From contig JBLYPX010000001.1 in the NCBI GenBank assembly GCA_048538235.1, forward strand, positions 392,013 to 456,012: DNA of 64,000 nucleotides. The letters are read 5' to 3'. Below the pieces are notes generated by a model. It did not search any database. It saw nothing but the letters and a program-made list of their open reading frames with translations, and was not told the origin of the DNA. Origin of the DNA: Candidatus Komeilibacteria bacterium. GTDB lineage: Bacteria; Patescibacteriota; Patescibacteriia; UBA1558. The translations under genes were made by a program, and so were the position numbers. Numbering within the stretch: the first letter of the stretch is position 1; each line of letters opens with the position of its first letter. Positions 48,375-58,413 of this stretch are shown one piece after another.

Positions 48375-50306
48375 TTACCTAGCAAAATACCAATCCAGTA
48401 CTTCGTCCATAATTGGTACAGCGGCAGCTGTTGCTTCAACACCATTTTCTACTATTATTGCCCAAGCTATCTCTGGATCTTCATATGGTGCAAAACCAAC
48501 AAACCAAGAATGAGGTTTAGCAGTACCACCTACTTGAGCAGTACCTGTTTTACCAGCTGCTGTATAATCTTCTGTGTAAATACGTACAGATGAACCAGAA
48601 GTAACCGCTGCTCTCATGCCTTCTTTGACAATATCTAGACTGGCTTTAGAAATATAGTTTTCATTTAAAACTTGTGGGGTTGAAATAATAACAGCACCAG
48701 ATTCTGAATCCACAATTTCTTTTACTAAATGAGGACTGAATAATGTACCACCATTTGCAATAGCTGCAATATAATTAGCCATCTGAATTGGTGTTACTAA
48801 TAAATCTCCCTGACCAATCGCAAGGTGCATTGTATCTCCAGGATACCAAGGCTCATCTCTTTCTTCCCACTTCCAATATCTATCTGGTAAAAATCCAGCA
48901 GCTTCACCCTTAATATCTACACCTGTTGTATAACTCAGACCATAGGCTTTCATATAATTAAGCATCTTATCTAATCCCAAACCTTCTCTACCATCATATT
49001 CTTCAATACCAATAATGTAGAAGAAAGTGTTAACAGATTCTGCAATAGCTTTAATTACATTTGTTTGTCCATGACCGCCAGCTTTCCAATCTGGGAAAAA
49101 CCAGATGTCATAATATATACCACCATTACTTAAAAAACTAGTATTACGATCTATTATTCCCTCTTCTAAAGCAGCAGAGGCTACTAATGGTTTAATAATT
49201 GATCCCGAAGGATACTGACCACTAATACTTCTATTAAATAATGGCCTATCTTCACCTTCAAATAATTCTTCATACTGCTCTTGATTCAAACTAGTAGAAA
49301 AAATATTGTTATCGTATTCTGGAAATGAAACCATTGAAACGATACCACCATTTTTAGGATTAATAATTACACCCGCAGCTTTATCTAAATGTTGTCTCTG
49401 TAATATCTTATTAATAGTTTCAGATAATTTAGTTTGCAAACCTGCATCAATGTATAAATGTAGATTGTCTCCTTTAATAGATTCTTGTTCTGCAAGTATT
49501 TTTGTTTCCTTTCCTAAATTATCTACCTCAATTTGTTTTTTACCCACCACTCCTCTTAATTCTTTTTCATAAGACTTTTCTATTCCTGTTTTACCAATAT
49601 AGTCTATTAATTCATAGTCCTCTGGTAAGTTTTCTGCTTCTTTTTCAGTTATTTTTCCTAGATAGCCTAAAACATGACTAAAAGTTGGCCCTTGTAAATA
49701 TTCACGCTTAGCTATTTCTACAATATGTATACCAGGCCAATTCGTTGACTGAATTCTTAAATCTACAGCATTCTCATAAGATATATTTTCAACTAAAACA
49801 GTTGGTAGATAAGAAAACTCCGGACTATCTTTTACAATATTTGTTAAATCCTCAATGCTTTTACCAGTGGTGTGAGCTATTACTTCAAGTAATACTTTTA
49901 ATTCATCCTCATCATTAGTTAAATCTGCTGGTACAAACTGAACAGAGAATGATGGTACATTTCTAACTAATTGTTGGCCATTAGCATCATAAATAATACC
50001 CCTATTTGGTAGAATCCTTTGCAATCTAATACGATTACCCTCAGCTAAGCCTCTAAACTCATCACCTTTAATAATTTGTAAGTAGAATATTCTTAAACCT
50101 AGGGTAAAAAATGCTAAGAATAATAGCAACAGAGCTATTCTAATATAGTAGCTTTCAATAACTGGTCCCATCTGAACAGAAGTGTTATCGTCTGTCATTA
50201 CAAAACCATCCCCAGATGAAAATCTATTATCTGAACCCACTTTTCTATCTTTAATTTTGCCACCCTTTATTTGAACTGCAAAAGGGTCATTAATATCTCC
50301 TGCCAT
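48375..50306 (-). CDS. mrdA: penicillin-binding protein 2
   Basis: RGIIYD, PSGSIIK (SxxK), SVN (SxN), GKTGTAQ. Confidence 0.93.
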   Translation of the reverse strand: MAGDINDPFAVQIKGGKIKDRKVGSDNRFSSGDGFVMTDDNTSVQMGPVIESYYIRIALLLLFLAFFTLGLRIFYLQIIKGDEFRGLAEGNRIRLQRILPNRGIIYDANGQQLVRNVPSFSVQFVPADLTNDEDELKVLLEVIAHTTGKSIEDLTNIVKDSPEFSYLPTVLVENISYENAVDLRIQSTNWPGIHIVEIAKREYLQGPTFSHVLGYLGKITEKEAENLPEDYELIDYIGKTGIEKSYEKELRGVVGKKQIEVDNLGKETKILAEQESIKGDNLHLYIDAGLQTKLSETINKILQRQHLDKAAGVIINPKNGGIVSMVSFPEYDNNIFSTSLNQEQYEELFEGEDRPLFNRSISGQYPSGSIIKPLVASAALEEGIIDRNTSFLSNGGIYYDIWFFPDWKAGGHGQTNVIKAIAESVNTFFYIIGIEEYDGREGLGLDKMLNYMKAYGLSYTTGVDIKGEAAGFLPDRYWKWEERDEPWYPGDTMHLAIGQGDLLVTPIQMANYIAAIANGGTLFSPHLVKEIVDSESGAVIISTPQVLNENYISKASLDIVKEGMRAAVTSGSSVRIYTEDYTAAGKTGTAQVGGTAKPHSWFVGFAPYEDPEIAWAIIVENGVEATAAAVPIMDEVLDWYFAR

Positions 50307-50799
50307 TTATATAATATACATATGATTTATATAGACCAAAAATAATAGCTAGGGATAAAATATTTAAAATAATAAACATTAAAATATTTTCCCAAGATAA
50401 AACAATTGGTGATTGCCAACGCCAAATAATTCCTAATGAATGATTAATAATGAATACACTTATTAAATAAGTAAGAATGCCAACTATTCCACTTAATAGT
50501 AAGCTAAACATATTATGTAAGGCTAAATGATGACGATGTACTACATTTAAACTTAAAGTAACAATAGTTAAAGTTAATAACTGCATACCAAAACTTAGAG
50601 TCATAACATCTAGCATAAACCCAGCCAGAATAACAACTAACCATAAATTTCTTTTATTAAAAAAGGACATGAAAATTACACACCACAAAACAGGGTGCAA
50701 ACTAGCACCCCATATGCCCCAGGCTGTAAAAAAAGATGTTTGTACAACAACTAGCAGCCAGACGCTAATTACTAATATGCTGTAATATAGCCACTTCAT
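50290..50799 (-). CDS. mreD: rod shape-determining protein MreD-like membrane protein
   Basis: Multi-TM, AGFMLD motif, position between mreC and mrdA. Confidence 0.7.
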   Translation of the reverse strand: MKWLYYSILVISVWLLVVVQTSFFTAWGIWGASLHPVLWCVIFMSFFNKRNLWLVVILAGFMLDVMTLSFGMQLLTLTIVTLSLNVVHRHHLALHNMFSLLLSGIVGILTYLISVFIINHSLGIIWRWQSPIVLSWENILMFIILNILSLAIIFGLYKSYVYYINGRRY

Positions 50800-51593
50800 T
50801 ATTGAGATAAAACAACTGTTAAAATTCTTAGTTGCCTATAATCTATACTAGGAACAACTTCTGCTTTTTGGTAAAGCTCTGTATCTCCAGATAAAATATT
50901 TGCAATCTTACCTATTAAATAGTTTTGACCAATCATGTCTTCCAAACCAGATGTAAATACTAAATCATCCATATTAATAGCTTCCTCTGGCGGAATTAAA
51001 TCCATTAAAAGTCCTAAGCCCATACTTCCCTGCACCACTCCTTGTGTATGAGTATTATTGTTCAATGTAACAGCAACTGTTGAACTACTATTGGAAAGCA
51101 GTGCTACTGAGGCCTGATGTTTTTCAACTGCAAATATTTTTCCAACAAGTACTCCTTGTTCAGCTAGTACTGGTTGTCCAACTTTAATACCATCATCTGA
51201 TCCTCTGTTGATAATAAACAAATCATTTTGTAATAATGGCTTACTAATAATCTGCGTTACTAAAACATCTTCCTGTTCTCTTTTTACAAAATCTAATTCA
51301 GATCTTAAATATTCATTCTCTCTTCTTAATTCTGCTAATTCCATTTGATCAACATCTTTGGTAATTAACAAACTCTGCAAATCTTCATTCTCTGATCCTA
51401 AATTATTACACTGTGTGTAATTGTAAAAAAAACTATAACTTGAAGATCCTAAATTGTAGAATGTTTTTTGAACAGGTGTTAAAAAATTAACAATGGGTCT
51501 TTCAATCCATTGTAATAAATTAATGTAATGTAATATTAACAATATTATTACAATACCAATAATTAATATTGTTTTAGAAACATTTTTTAACAT
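50799..51593 (-). CDS. mreC: rod shape-determining protein MreC
   Basis: TM plus coiled coil; INRGSDDGIKVG, GVLVGKI, TSGL. Confidence 0.92.
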   Translation of the reverse strand: MLKNVSKTILIIGIVIILLILHYINLLQWIERPIVNFLTPVQKTFYNLGSSSYSFFYNYTQCNNLGSENEDLQSLLITKDVDQMELAELRRENEYLRSELDFVKREQEDVLVTQIISKPLLQNDLFIINRGSDDGIKVGQPVLAEQGVLVGKIFAVEKHQASVALLSNSSSTVAVTLNNNTHTQGVVQGSMGLGLLMDLIPPEEAINMDDLVFTSGLEDMIGQNYLIGKIANILSGDTELYQKAEVVPSIDYRQLRILTVVLSQ

Positions 51594-51594
51594 A

Positions 51595-52644
51595 TTAATC
51601 TATCATATCACCAGCTGATGGTAATAATATATCTTTTAAGTTATTAAAATCTTCCATTATTAAACCTGTTCCTCTAACAACAGCTGTTAAAGGATCATCA
51701 GTGACTTTAACTGGTATTTTTAATTCTTTAGCAATTAGTTTATCTAAACCGCCAAGGAGTGCTCCACCACCAGACAAAATAATACCTTTCTGGTAAATCT
51801 CAGCTACAAGTTCAGGCGGAGTTTTTTCCAAGGTATCTCTAATGTGTTCAATTAACTCACGAATATCTCCAATAATGGCTTCTTTAACCTGAGCAGATGA
51901 AACATCTACTTCACGCGGAAGTCCAGTATACAAATCTCTACCACGAACCTTTAATTCTTTAGTAGCACCTTCTAAATATACATTACCCAAATTCTTCTTA
52001 ATTTCTTCAGCTGTTCTTTCACCTAATAGCAGATTAAAATTCTCTCTAATATATTGAATAATATTTTGATCTAGTTTTAAACCACCATATTTTAATGATG
52101 TGAAAGTAACAATACCTCCCAAAGAAATAACTGCCACTTCAGTAGTGCCGCCTCCCAATTGTACAATCATATTACCAACTGGTTCTTGGATAGGCATACG
52201 AGCACCAATAGCAGCTGCCATTGGTTGTTCAACTAAATACACCTCAGAAGCACCTGCTCCTAAAGTAGCATCTTCTACTGCCTTTCTTTCTACCTCAGTA
52301 ACATCTAGTGGTATACCAATAATAACTCTTGGTCTGGGGAGTAAAGATGTACTTTCTCTGTGTACTCTATCTATAAAATGTTTAATCATTTTCTCAGTAA
52401 CTTCAAAGTCTGAAATAATACCAGCAATGATAGGTCTAGTAACAGAAATATATGCTGGTGCTTTACCAATCATACGTTGTGCTTCATCACCCACAGCTAA
52501 TATCTGATCTGTTCTATTATTTAAAGCAACAATAGACGGTTCATTGATGATTAAACCTTTATCTTTAACATAAACCAAAGTATTGGTAGTACCTAGGTCT
52601 ATACCCATGTCTTTAGATAATTGTCTAAATAATCTTCTAAGCAT
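51595..52644 (-). CDS. mreB: rod shape-determining protein MreB (copy 1)
   Basis: DMGIDLGTTNT, GGGTTEVA, GERTAE, TPPEL. Confidence 0.94.
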   Translation of the reverse strand: MLRRLFRQLSKDMGIDLGTTNTLVYVKDKGLIINEPSIVALNNRTDQILAVGDEAQRMIGKAPAYISVTRPIIAGIISDFEVTEKMIKHFIDRVHRESTSLLPRPRVIIGIPLDVTEVERKAVEDATLGAGASEVYLVEQPMAAAIGARMPIQEPVGNMIVQLGGGTTEVAVISLGGIVTFTSLKYGGLKLDQNIIQYIRENFNLLLGERTAEEIKKNLGNVYLEGATKELKVRGRDLYTGLPREVDVSSAQVKEAIIGDIRELIEHIRDTLEKTPPELVAEIYQKGIILSGGGALLGGLDKLIAKELKIPVKVTDDPLTAVVRGTGLIMEDFNNLKDILLPSAGDMID

Positions 52645-53884
52645 AATATTCTTTTACAAGTTTAATTACATCCTCCACTGCCACTTTTCTAACTTCGTCT
52701 GAGCTTCTTTCCTTGTACTCAATTAAACCATTTGTTTTATTACTTACAACTAATCTAATTGGAATACCTATTAAATCTGCTTCCTTTAACTTCATACCAA
52801 CAGATTCATCTCTATCGTCATACAAAACATCTATACCACTATCCTTTAATTTTTTGTAAACATCTTCTGCATCTTTTAATACTTTTTTATCTGTGCCTAA
52901 AGATAATAGATGAATTTGGAATGGAGCAATATTCTTTGGCCAAATAATTCCATCTTTATCGTGAGATATTTCTACAATAGCTCCCATTGCCCGAGATACT
53001 CCAAAACCATAACAACCCATATATACATTATCTTGCTTACCTTCTGCATTAGTGAATAGTAAATTCATACTCTTTGAGTACTTCTGGTTTAACTTAAAAA
53101 TATTACCAACTTCTATACCTTTACTCATCATTACCACACCATCCTTACAAGCTGGACATTTAGCACCTTTTTTAACCTTAGCAATCTCTTTATTCTGAGC
53201 CCAACCACAATCACAATGAAAAATAGTGTCTTCACCTGATGCTGTTAATGTTTGAAACTCATGTGAAAAATCCTTAGAAAAAGAACCGCCTGATGCTTCT
53301 ACTGCAATTACTGGCATACCTAATCTATCATACATATTTAAGTAAGCTTTTTTAACTTTCTCATAATATGCCCTTAAATCTTCTACATCTGTATGAAAGC
53401 TATACAAATCCTTCATTGAGAACTCTCTACCTCTTAATAGTCCATTTTTAGCTCTAGGCTCGTTTCTAAACTTATCTTGTATCTGGAATAGAGCAAAAGG
53501 TAAATCTTTGTATGAGTTAACCCTAGTTCTAGCAATAGCTACTACATTTTCCTCATGAGTTGGCCCTAAACACATATCTGCTCCACCTCTGCCTTTAAAT
53601 TGAAAAAGTATGTCTTTTATCTCATCCCAGCGACCAGTTTCAGACCATAAAGATTTAGGTTGCAAAGCTGGCATTAAAACTTCATCACCACCAACTTTAA
53701 CCATTTCTTCTCTAACAATATTCTTAATTTTAGATAATACTCTAACGCCTAATGGTAAGTATGTATATACTCCAGCCATTAACTTATCTATATACCCAGC
53801 GCGAATCAATAGTTGTGCATTAATAGCAACTTCATCAGCTGGCACCTCCTTTACTGTTTTAATAAAATACTCGGATTGTTTCAT
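52637..53884 (-). CDS. proS: proline--tRNA ligase (short form without editing domain)
   Basis: LLIRAGYI, GPTHEE, KFRNEPRA..GLLRGREF.MKD, EVGNIF, MGCYGFG. Confidence 0.94.
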   Translation of the reverse strand: MKQSEYFIKTVKEVPADEVAINAQLLIRAGYIDKLMAGVYTYLPLGVRVLSKIKNIVREEMVKVGGDEVLMPALQPKSLWSETGRWDEIKDILFQFKGRGGADMCLGPTHEENVVAIARTRVNSYKDLPFALFQIQDKFRNEPRAKNGLLRGREFSMKDLYSFHTDVEDLRAYYEKVKKAYLNMYDRLGMPVIAVEASGGSFSKDFSHEFQTLTASGEDTIFHCDCGWAQNKEIAKVKKGAKCPACKDGVVMMSKGIEVGNIFKLNQKYSKSMNLLFTNAEGKQDNVYMGCYGFGVSRAMGAIVEISHDKDGIIWPKNIAPFQIHLLSLGTDKKVLKDAEDVYKKLKDSGIDVLYDDRDESVGMKLKEADLIGIPIRLVVSNKTNGLIEYKERSSDEVRKVAVEDVIKLVKEYYA

Positions 53885-53894
53885 ATATATAATC

Positions 53895-54191
53895 TTAATT
53901 ATTTATTTTACTAGCAAATATTTCCTGTAAGCGATTACCCTCCTTAATTACTAAATCACTATCATATTCACCAGCGTGAGCGGTTACACCTTCATGCACC
54001 CCTGCTCTTTGATCAAGGTGTACATTAAACTCAATCATTCCATCCCTTTCATTCTTCATGTACACGTGAAATCTCGGATAAAAATCTCTACTTAAACGTT
54101 TAACAAAACTATCTCTGTGCATATGGTAACCAGCATCCTGTAATATTCTTTCCCACGGATATTGTAAATTGTTACTTACTTTAAAATTCAT
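53895..54191 (-). CDS. hypothetical protein
   Basis: 98 aa, operonic; YPRFHVY / HLDQ / HAGEY motifs. Confidence 0.7.
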   Translation of the reverse strand: MNFKVSNNLQYPWERILQDAGYHMHRDSFVKRLSRDFYPRFHVYMKNERDGMIEFNVHLDQRAGVHEGVTAHAGEYDSDLVIKEGNRLQEIFASKINN

Positions 54192-55291
54192 TAACTAAAT
54201 AACCTTCCCACAGCACCCATTATTTGAGTACTGTATTTAGCTATATCTTTGTATGTTATTACAAAGATTAAAATTAATAGAATGATAAAACCAATATTAT
54301 GTACAGCTGTTTCAATTTTCTCATCATTTGGCCTACGTCTTAGCTTTTCTATACCAACAAATAATAGTCTACCTCCATCCAGTGCAGGAAATGGTAGAAT
54401 ATTGATCACAGCAAGGTTTAAGGAAAATAAAGCTGTAAATTGTAATAGATGAGCTATTCCAAGTCTAGCCATTTGACCAGTAATAACAGCTACTCCAACT
54501 GGGCCAGCTACTTCTAATGATGAACCTGTACCCATTATTAAACCTTTAAGTAATGTATAGAAAGCAACAACAATCTGAACTAATATATACCAGGTTGCTT
54601 TAAAGGCATTTATTATTGATTGCCACCATGTATATCTGACCAGGCCAGTATCTGCTAAATAGACACCTAGTACTTTAGGTTCTATATCTGTTAAATCTGC
54701 TATTACAGTAAAATCACCGTCTAAACGAGCAATCTCCATATTCAATACTCCATCTTCATCATCTCTAATATATTCAGTCATAGCAACTGTGGAAGCAAAA
54801 GTTTGACCGTCTATACTAACAATTTCATCACCTGTTTTTAAATCTAATAGCGCAGCAGGTGTATTTGGACTTACTTCTACAATTTGTATTTTTCTTTCAG
54901 CCACAAGTGCGCCAGCCATATCTTCTTCCACAACTGATGGTAAACCGATCATAAAACCAATACTAAGCAGTACTATTGCTAGCACTATATTCATAAATAC
55001 GCCAGCAGATAATATGATTGATCTTTTCCAAGCAGCTTGATGACTAAAACTATCTTCATCTTCTTTATTCTCTCCGCCTTCACCTTTTATTTTTACAAAA
55101 CCACCAAGTGGAATCCAATTAAGAGAATATACAGTATCCCCTTTCTTCTTACTCCAAACCTTTGGAGGAAAACCTAATCCGAACTCTTCAACTTTAACAC
55201 CAAAGATACGAGCGGCTGTAAAATGTCCTAGCTCATGAACTAAAACAATAACAGCTAATACTATTATGAATGTAATTATTGTTAAAAGCAT
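54191..55291 (-). CDS. rseP: RIP metalloprotease RseP
   Basis: HELGH, PLGGFV, PDZ domain, NILPFPALDGG. Confidence 0.95.
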   Translation of the reverse strand: MLLTIITFIIVLAVIVLVHELGHFTAARIFGVKVEEFGLGFPPKVWSKKKGDTVYSLNWIPLGGFVKIKGEGGENKEDEDSFSHQAAWKRSIILSAGVFMNIVLAIVLLSIGFMIGLPSVVEEDMAGALVAERKIQIVEVSPNTPAALLDLKTGDEIVSIDGQTFASTVAMTEYIRDDEDGVLNMEIARLDGDFTVIADLTDIEPKVLGVYLADTGLVRYTWWQSIINAFKATWYILVQIVVAFYTLLKGLIMGTGSSLEVAGPVGVAVITGQMARLGIAHLLQFTALFSLNLAVINILPFPALDGGRLLFVGIEKLRRRPNDEKIETAVHNIGFIILLILIFVITYKDIAKYSTQIMGAVGRLFS

Positions 55292-55848
55292 TAGATTGAC
55301 ATTATTTCCTTTTCTTTGCCATCTGCTAAATCTTTAATCTTGTCATTTGTATCCTTAGTCAACTTATCTATACTATCAAAACGAGTATATTTCTCATCTT
55401 CGGATATCTCTTTATTCTTAGCATCCTCTGTAGCTTTTTCTCTTGCTTTATCCCTATTACCTCTTACTTTTATTCTGGCTTGTTCAGCTTTTTCTTTAAT
55501 CTTTTTTACAAGCTCTAATCTTCTCTCTTCTGTAATAGATGAAAATCTTAGAATAATCATATCATCATCCATACTAACAGAAGCACCAAGATCTGAATTA
55601 GATAATGCTTTGTTTATTTCTTTAGCATTGTTTTTATCCCAAGGTTTAACCATTAAAACATTAGGTTCTGGAGCTGTAACAGATGCTAATTGTAATAGTG
55701 GCATTTGTACACCATAACTTTCAATATTCACATTCTCTACTAAAGAAGGTGTAGCTCTGCCTGTTTTAATGTTCTTAAACTCTCCTTGTAAGTATTCTAT
55801 AACTTTATTGTTTTGCTGAGTTATATCAGCTAAATATTCTTCTGACAT
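55291..55848 (-). CDS. frr: ribosome recycling factor
   Basis: IKTGRATPSLV, PWDK, TEERR.ELVK, EISEDE, KEKEIM. Confidence 0.95.
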   Translation of the reverse strand: MSEEYLADITQQNNKVIEYLQGEFKNIKTGRATPSLVENVNIESYGVQMPLLQLASVTAPEPNVLMVKPWDKNNAKEINKALSNSDLGASVSMDDDMIILRFSSITEERRLELVKKIKEKAEQARIKVRGNRDKAREKATEDAKNKEISEDEKYTRFDSIDKLTKDTNDKIKDLADGKEKEIMSI

Positions 55849-55857
55849 ATTATTTAA

Positions 55858-56910
55858 TTATTTTATTGTATTAGCAGCGCCACCATAGATAACGCTATTA
55901 TTAGTTGGTGAAATTAACAAATCATCTAAGACCTTACTAGTTGGCATACTAGTTGTTGACCAATTATCTCCTCCATCAACAGATTTGTAGATTGTATCAT
56001 GTGAAGTGTAATAGATAATATTACTATCCAATGCAGATACAGCCAGTCCATAAATATATACAGACCTAGGCGGTGTTAAAAGATTTAACAACTCCCAACT
56101 TGATCCCCCATCATATGATTTAGCAATACTGTATTCATTAGCATAGATTAAACTATTATCTAATTCTGAAATAACTAATTTGTGGAAATTAGCAAAGCCT
56201 GCATACTTTTTATGTAAACTTTCTGTAATGGATGTAAAAGAAGCACCCCTGTCTGTTGATTTGAATATTCCCTTATCTGTTAAGCCTACGTAAATAGTAT
56301 TAAAATTACTTGGCGCAATAATAATATCTGCAATTCCTGCATCAAAAAAATGCATTGCTTGCCATGAATTACCAGCATCTAATGACTTATACATAGCGCC
56401 CATATTAGAACCAGCGTATAGTATTGGACTATCACTATCATCAACTGCTAAACGGTTTAAAACCTCGTCATTTCTTGTTTCTAAAAGTACTGGTTGCCAA
56501 GTTCTAGCACAATCGTGAGTTCTATATAATTGTTTACCAGTTGCTGCAAAAACATAACATTTATTATATGGATGTACAGCTACGTCATAAATAGTACCAA
56601 CACCTGTTAAAGTTTGTGTCCAACTACGACCGCTATCTAAAGTGAAAAATATACCGTTCTTTAATGTACCAGCATAAATAGTTGAACTAACTTGTGGATC
56701 AAAGGTCATATTAATAATATCTGTTCCTAAAAACGATGCATTCTCCTCTGTAGATAATAGCCTTGAAATGTTTGCCCAATTAACACCAGCATCTTCAGAA
56801 ACAAAAACACCACCTTGTCTACCAACAGGTGAAGTTCCTACCTTAACAATACAACCTGTACTAAATACAGCTACAAGCATTATTAAAGAAATTAATTGAA
56901 TTTTCTTCAT
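55858..56910 (-). CDS. BNR/YCF48-like beta-propeller lipoprotein
   Basis: Lipobox STGC; repeated S.D.G.(S/T)W motifs. Confidence 0.85.
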   Translation of the reverse strand: MKKIQLISLIMLVAVFSTGCIVKVGTSPVGRQGGVFVSEDAGVNWANISRLLSTEENASFLGTDIINMTFDPQVSSTIYAGTLKNGIFFTLDSGRSWTQTLTGVGTIYDVAVHPYNKCYVFAATGKQLYRTHDCARTWQPVLLETRNDEVLNRLAVDDSDSPILYAGSNMGAMYKSLDAGNSWQAMHFFDAGIADIIIAPSNFNTIYVGLTDKGIFKSTDRGASFTSITESLHKKYAGFANFHKLVISELDNSLIYANEYSIAKSYDGGSSWELLNLLTPPRSVYIYGLAVSALDSNIIYYTSHDTIYKSVDGGDNWSTTSMPTSKVLDDLLISPTNNSVIYGGAANTIK

Positions 56911-56914
56911 ATAT

Positions 56915-57934
56915 TTAAATACTTAATAATATATCTTCAGTGAATAATAATGGACTAGCGTTTTGTTTTATCTTATCTTTCCAAATATATACCTTGTCAA
57001 TAATATTAATAATATCTTGTTGATCTAAACTATTAGCTACTTTTTTCAACTCATCATCTACAAACTCTAATCTATACCAATTATCTGAACTCTCTTTATG
57101 TAGCAATAATTCTCTAGCTATTAATAATATATTATCCATTATTTTATCTGCTATTCTTTGTGAAGCAACAAAGTCTTTCTTTTGAAAGATATTCTGCAAA
57201 TATGCTAATTTATCGTGCGCTGGCTTAATCATTAAATCTAATATTTCCTTAACTGTATTTTGTGTTTCTTCCAATAGACTATCATTATTTAAATAATTAA
57301 TAGCCTTACCTGGTAAACCAAAAGATAATTTAGCAATATTTTTAATATTTCTATGATCTGGACTCGCCTTTTGTAAATAATCATAGATAGTTTCATCTGA
57401 AACAAGGCTAAACTTCAAAACCTGACTTCTTGAAACAATTGTTGGTAATAATAGATTAATATCATCTGTTATTAAGATAATAATAGTATTACCAGTAGGT
57501 TCTTCAATAGTTTTCAATAATGCATTAGCAGCTTCAATAGATAAATGTTCAGCTCCTACTATTACTCCAACTTTATACTTTGTTAAAAATGATTTGTGTT
57601 GTAATTGTCTTTGCCAATCTCTAACCTGCTCAATAGAAATATTCTTTTTATCTTCCTGTAGTTCTAAACGATAATAATCTGGGTGCATACCCTTAATTAA
57701 ATGCTTACAAGACTGACAATTTCCACAAGGAATAGATTCCTCACCATTTTCAATATACTGTTCGCATAATAAAGTTTGAATAAATTTATTAGCTACTGTT
57801 TTCTTTCCTAATGATTTAGGGCCTGCTAATAAATAAGCATGTGCGAATTTATGCGCCTTTAAACTAACACTAAGATAGGAAATTATATTATCGTGTCCAA
57901 TAATCCCCCATTTGTTGGTATCTATTTCTGTCAT
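56915..57934 (-). CDS. holB: DNA polymerase III subunit delta'
   Basis: HAYLLAGP..LGK, C..C..C zinc site, HPD, AANALLKTIEEP, LLPTIVSR. Confidence 0.9.
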   Translation of the reverse strand: MTEIDTNKWGIIGHDNIISYLSVSLKAHKFAHAYLLAGPKSLGKKTVANKFIQTLLCEQYIENGEESIPCGNCQSCKHLIKGMHPDYYRLELQEDKKNISIEQVRDWQRQLQHKSFLTKYKVGVIVGAEHLSIEAANALLKTIEEPTGNTIIILITDDINLLLPTIVSRSQVLKFSLVSDETIYDYLQKASPDHRNIKNIAKLSFGLPGKAINYLNNDSLLEETQNTVKEILDLMIKPAHDKLAYLQNIFQKKDFVASQRIADKIMDNILLIARELLLHKESSDNWYRLEFVDDELKKVANSLDQQDIINIIDKVYIWKDKIKQNASPLLFTEDILLSI

Positions 57935-57992
57935 AACTTGTGCTAATATAACACAAAAACATTGATCTGACAATGTTTTTGTTTTACTTAAA

Positions 57993-58409
57993 TTAAGCTA
58001 ATTTTTGCTTATCCAGTGCCTTATTTACTTCAGCGTCTGCTTCCTTATTTAAAGACCTAACAATGTGTTCAAAATTTATCTTTTTAAACCCTAAGGTTAT
58101 ATTCCATGCCTTCACAAATAGACTAGCTAGCTCTTTATTCTTTACCTTATAATTTCCTTTTAACTGATTAATAATTAATTCACTGTCCATATATACAGAA
58201 ACCTCTTCTGCTTTTAATTCAACTACTTTTTTAAGACCTAATATTAATCCCTGATACTCTGCTTGGTTATTTGTAGTCTCACCTAGATATTTACCATCTC
58301 TAGCAATTATCTCACCATCGTCTGTTTTAATAACATATCCACCAGCAGCAGGTCCAGGATTACCCCTAGCTCCTCCATCTGTATACAAATTTAAATGTTT
58401 ATACTCCAT
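57993..58409 (-). CDS. rnhA: ribonuclease HI
   Basis: YTDGGARGNPGPAA, TNNQAEY, DSEL, NKEAD. Confidence 0.92.
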   Translation of the reverse strand: MEYKHLNLYTDGGARGNPGPAAGGYVIKTDDGEIIARDGKYLGETTNNQAEYQGLILGLKKVVELKAEEVSVYMDSELIINQLKGNYKVKNKELASLFVKAWNITLGFKKINFEHIVRSLNKEADAEVNKALDKQKLA

Positions 58410-58413
58410 ATTT

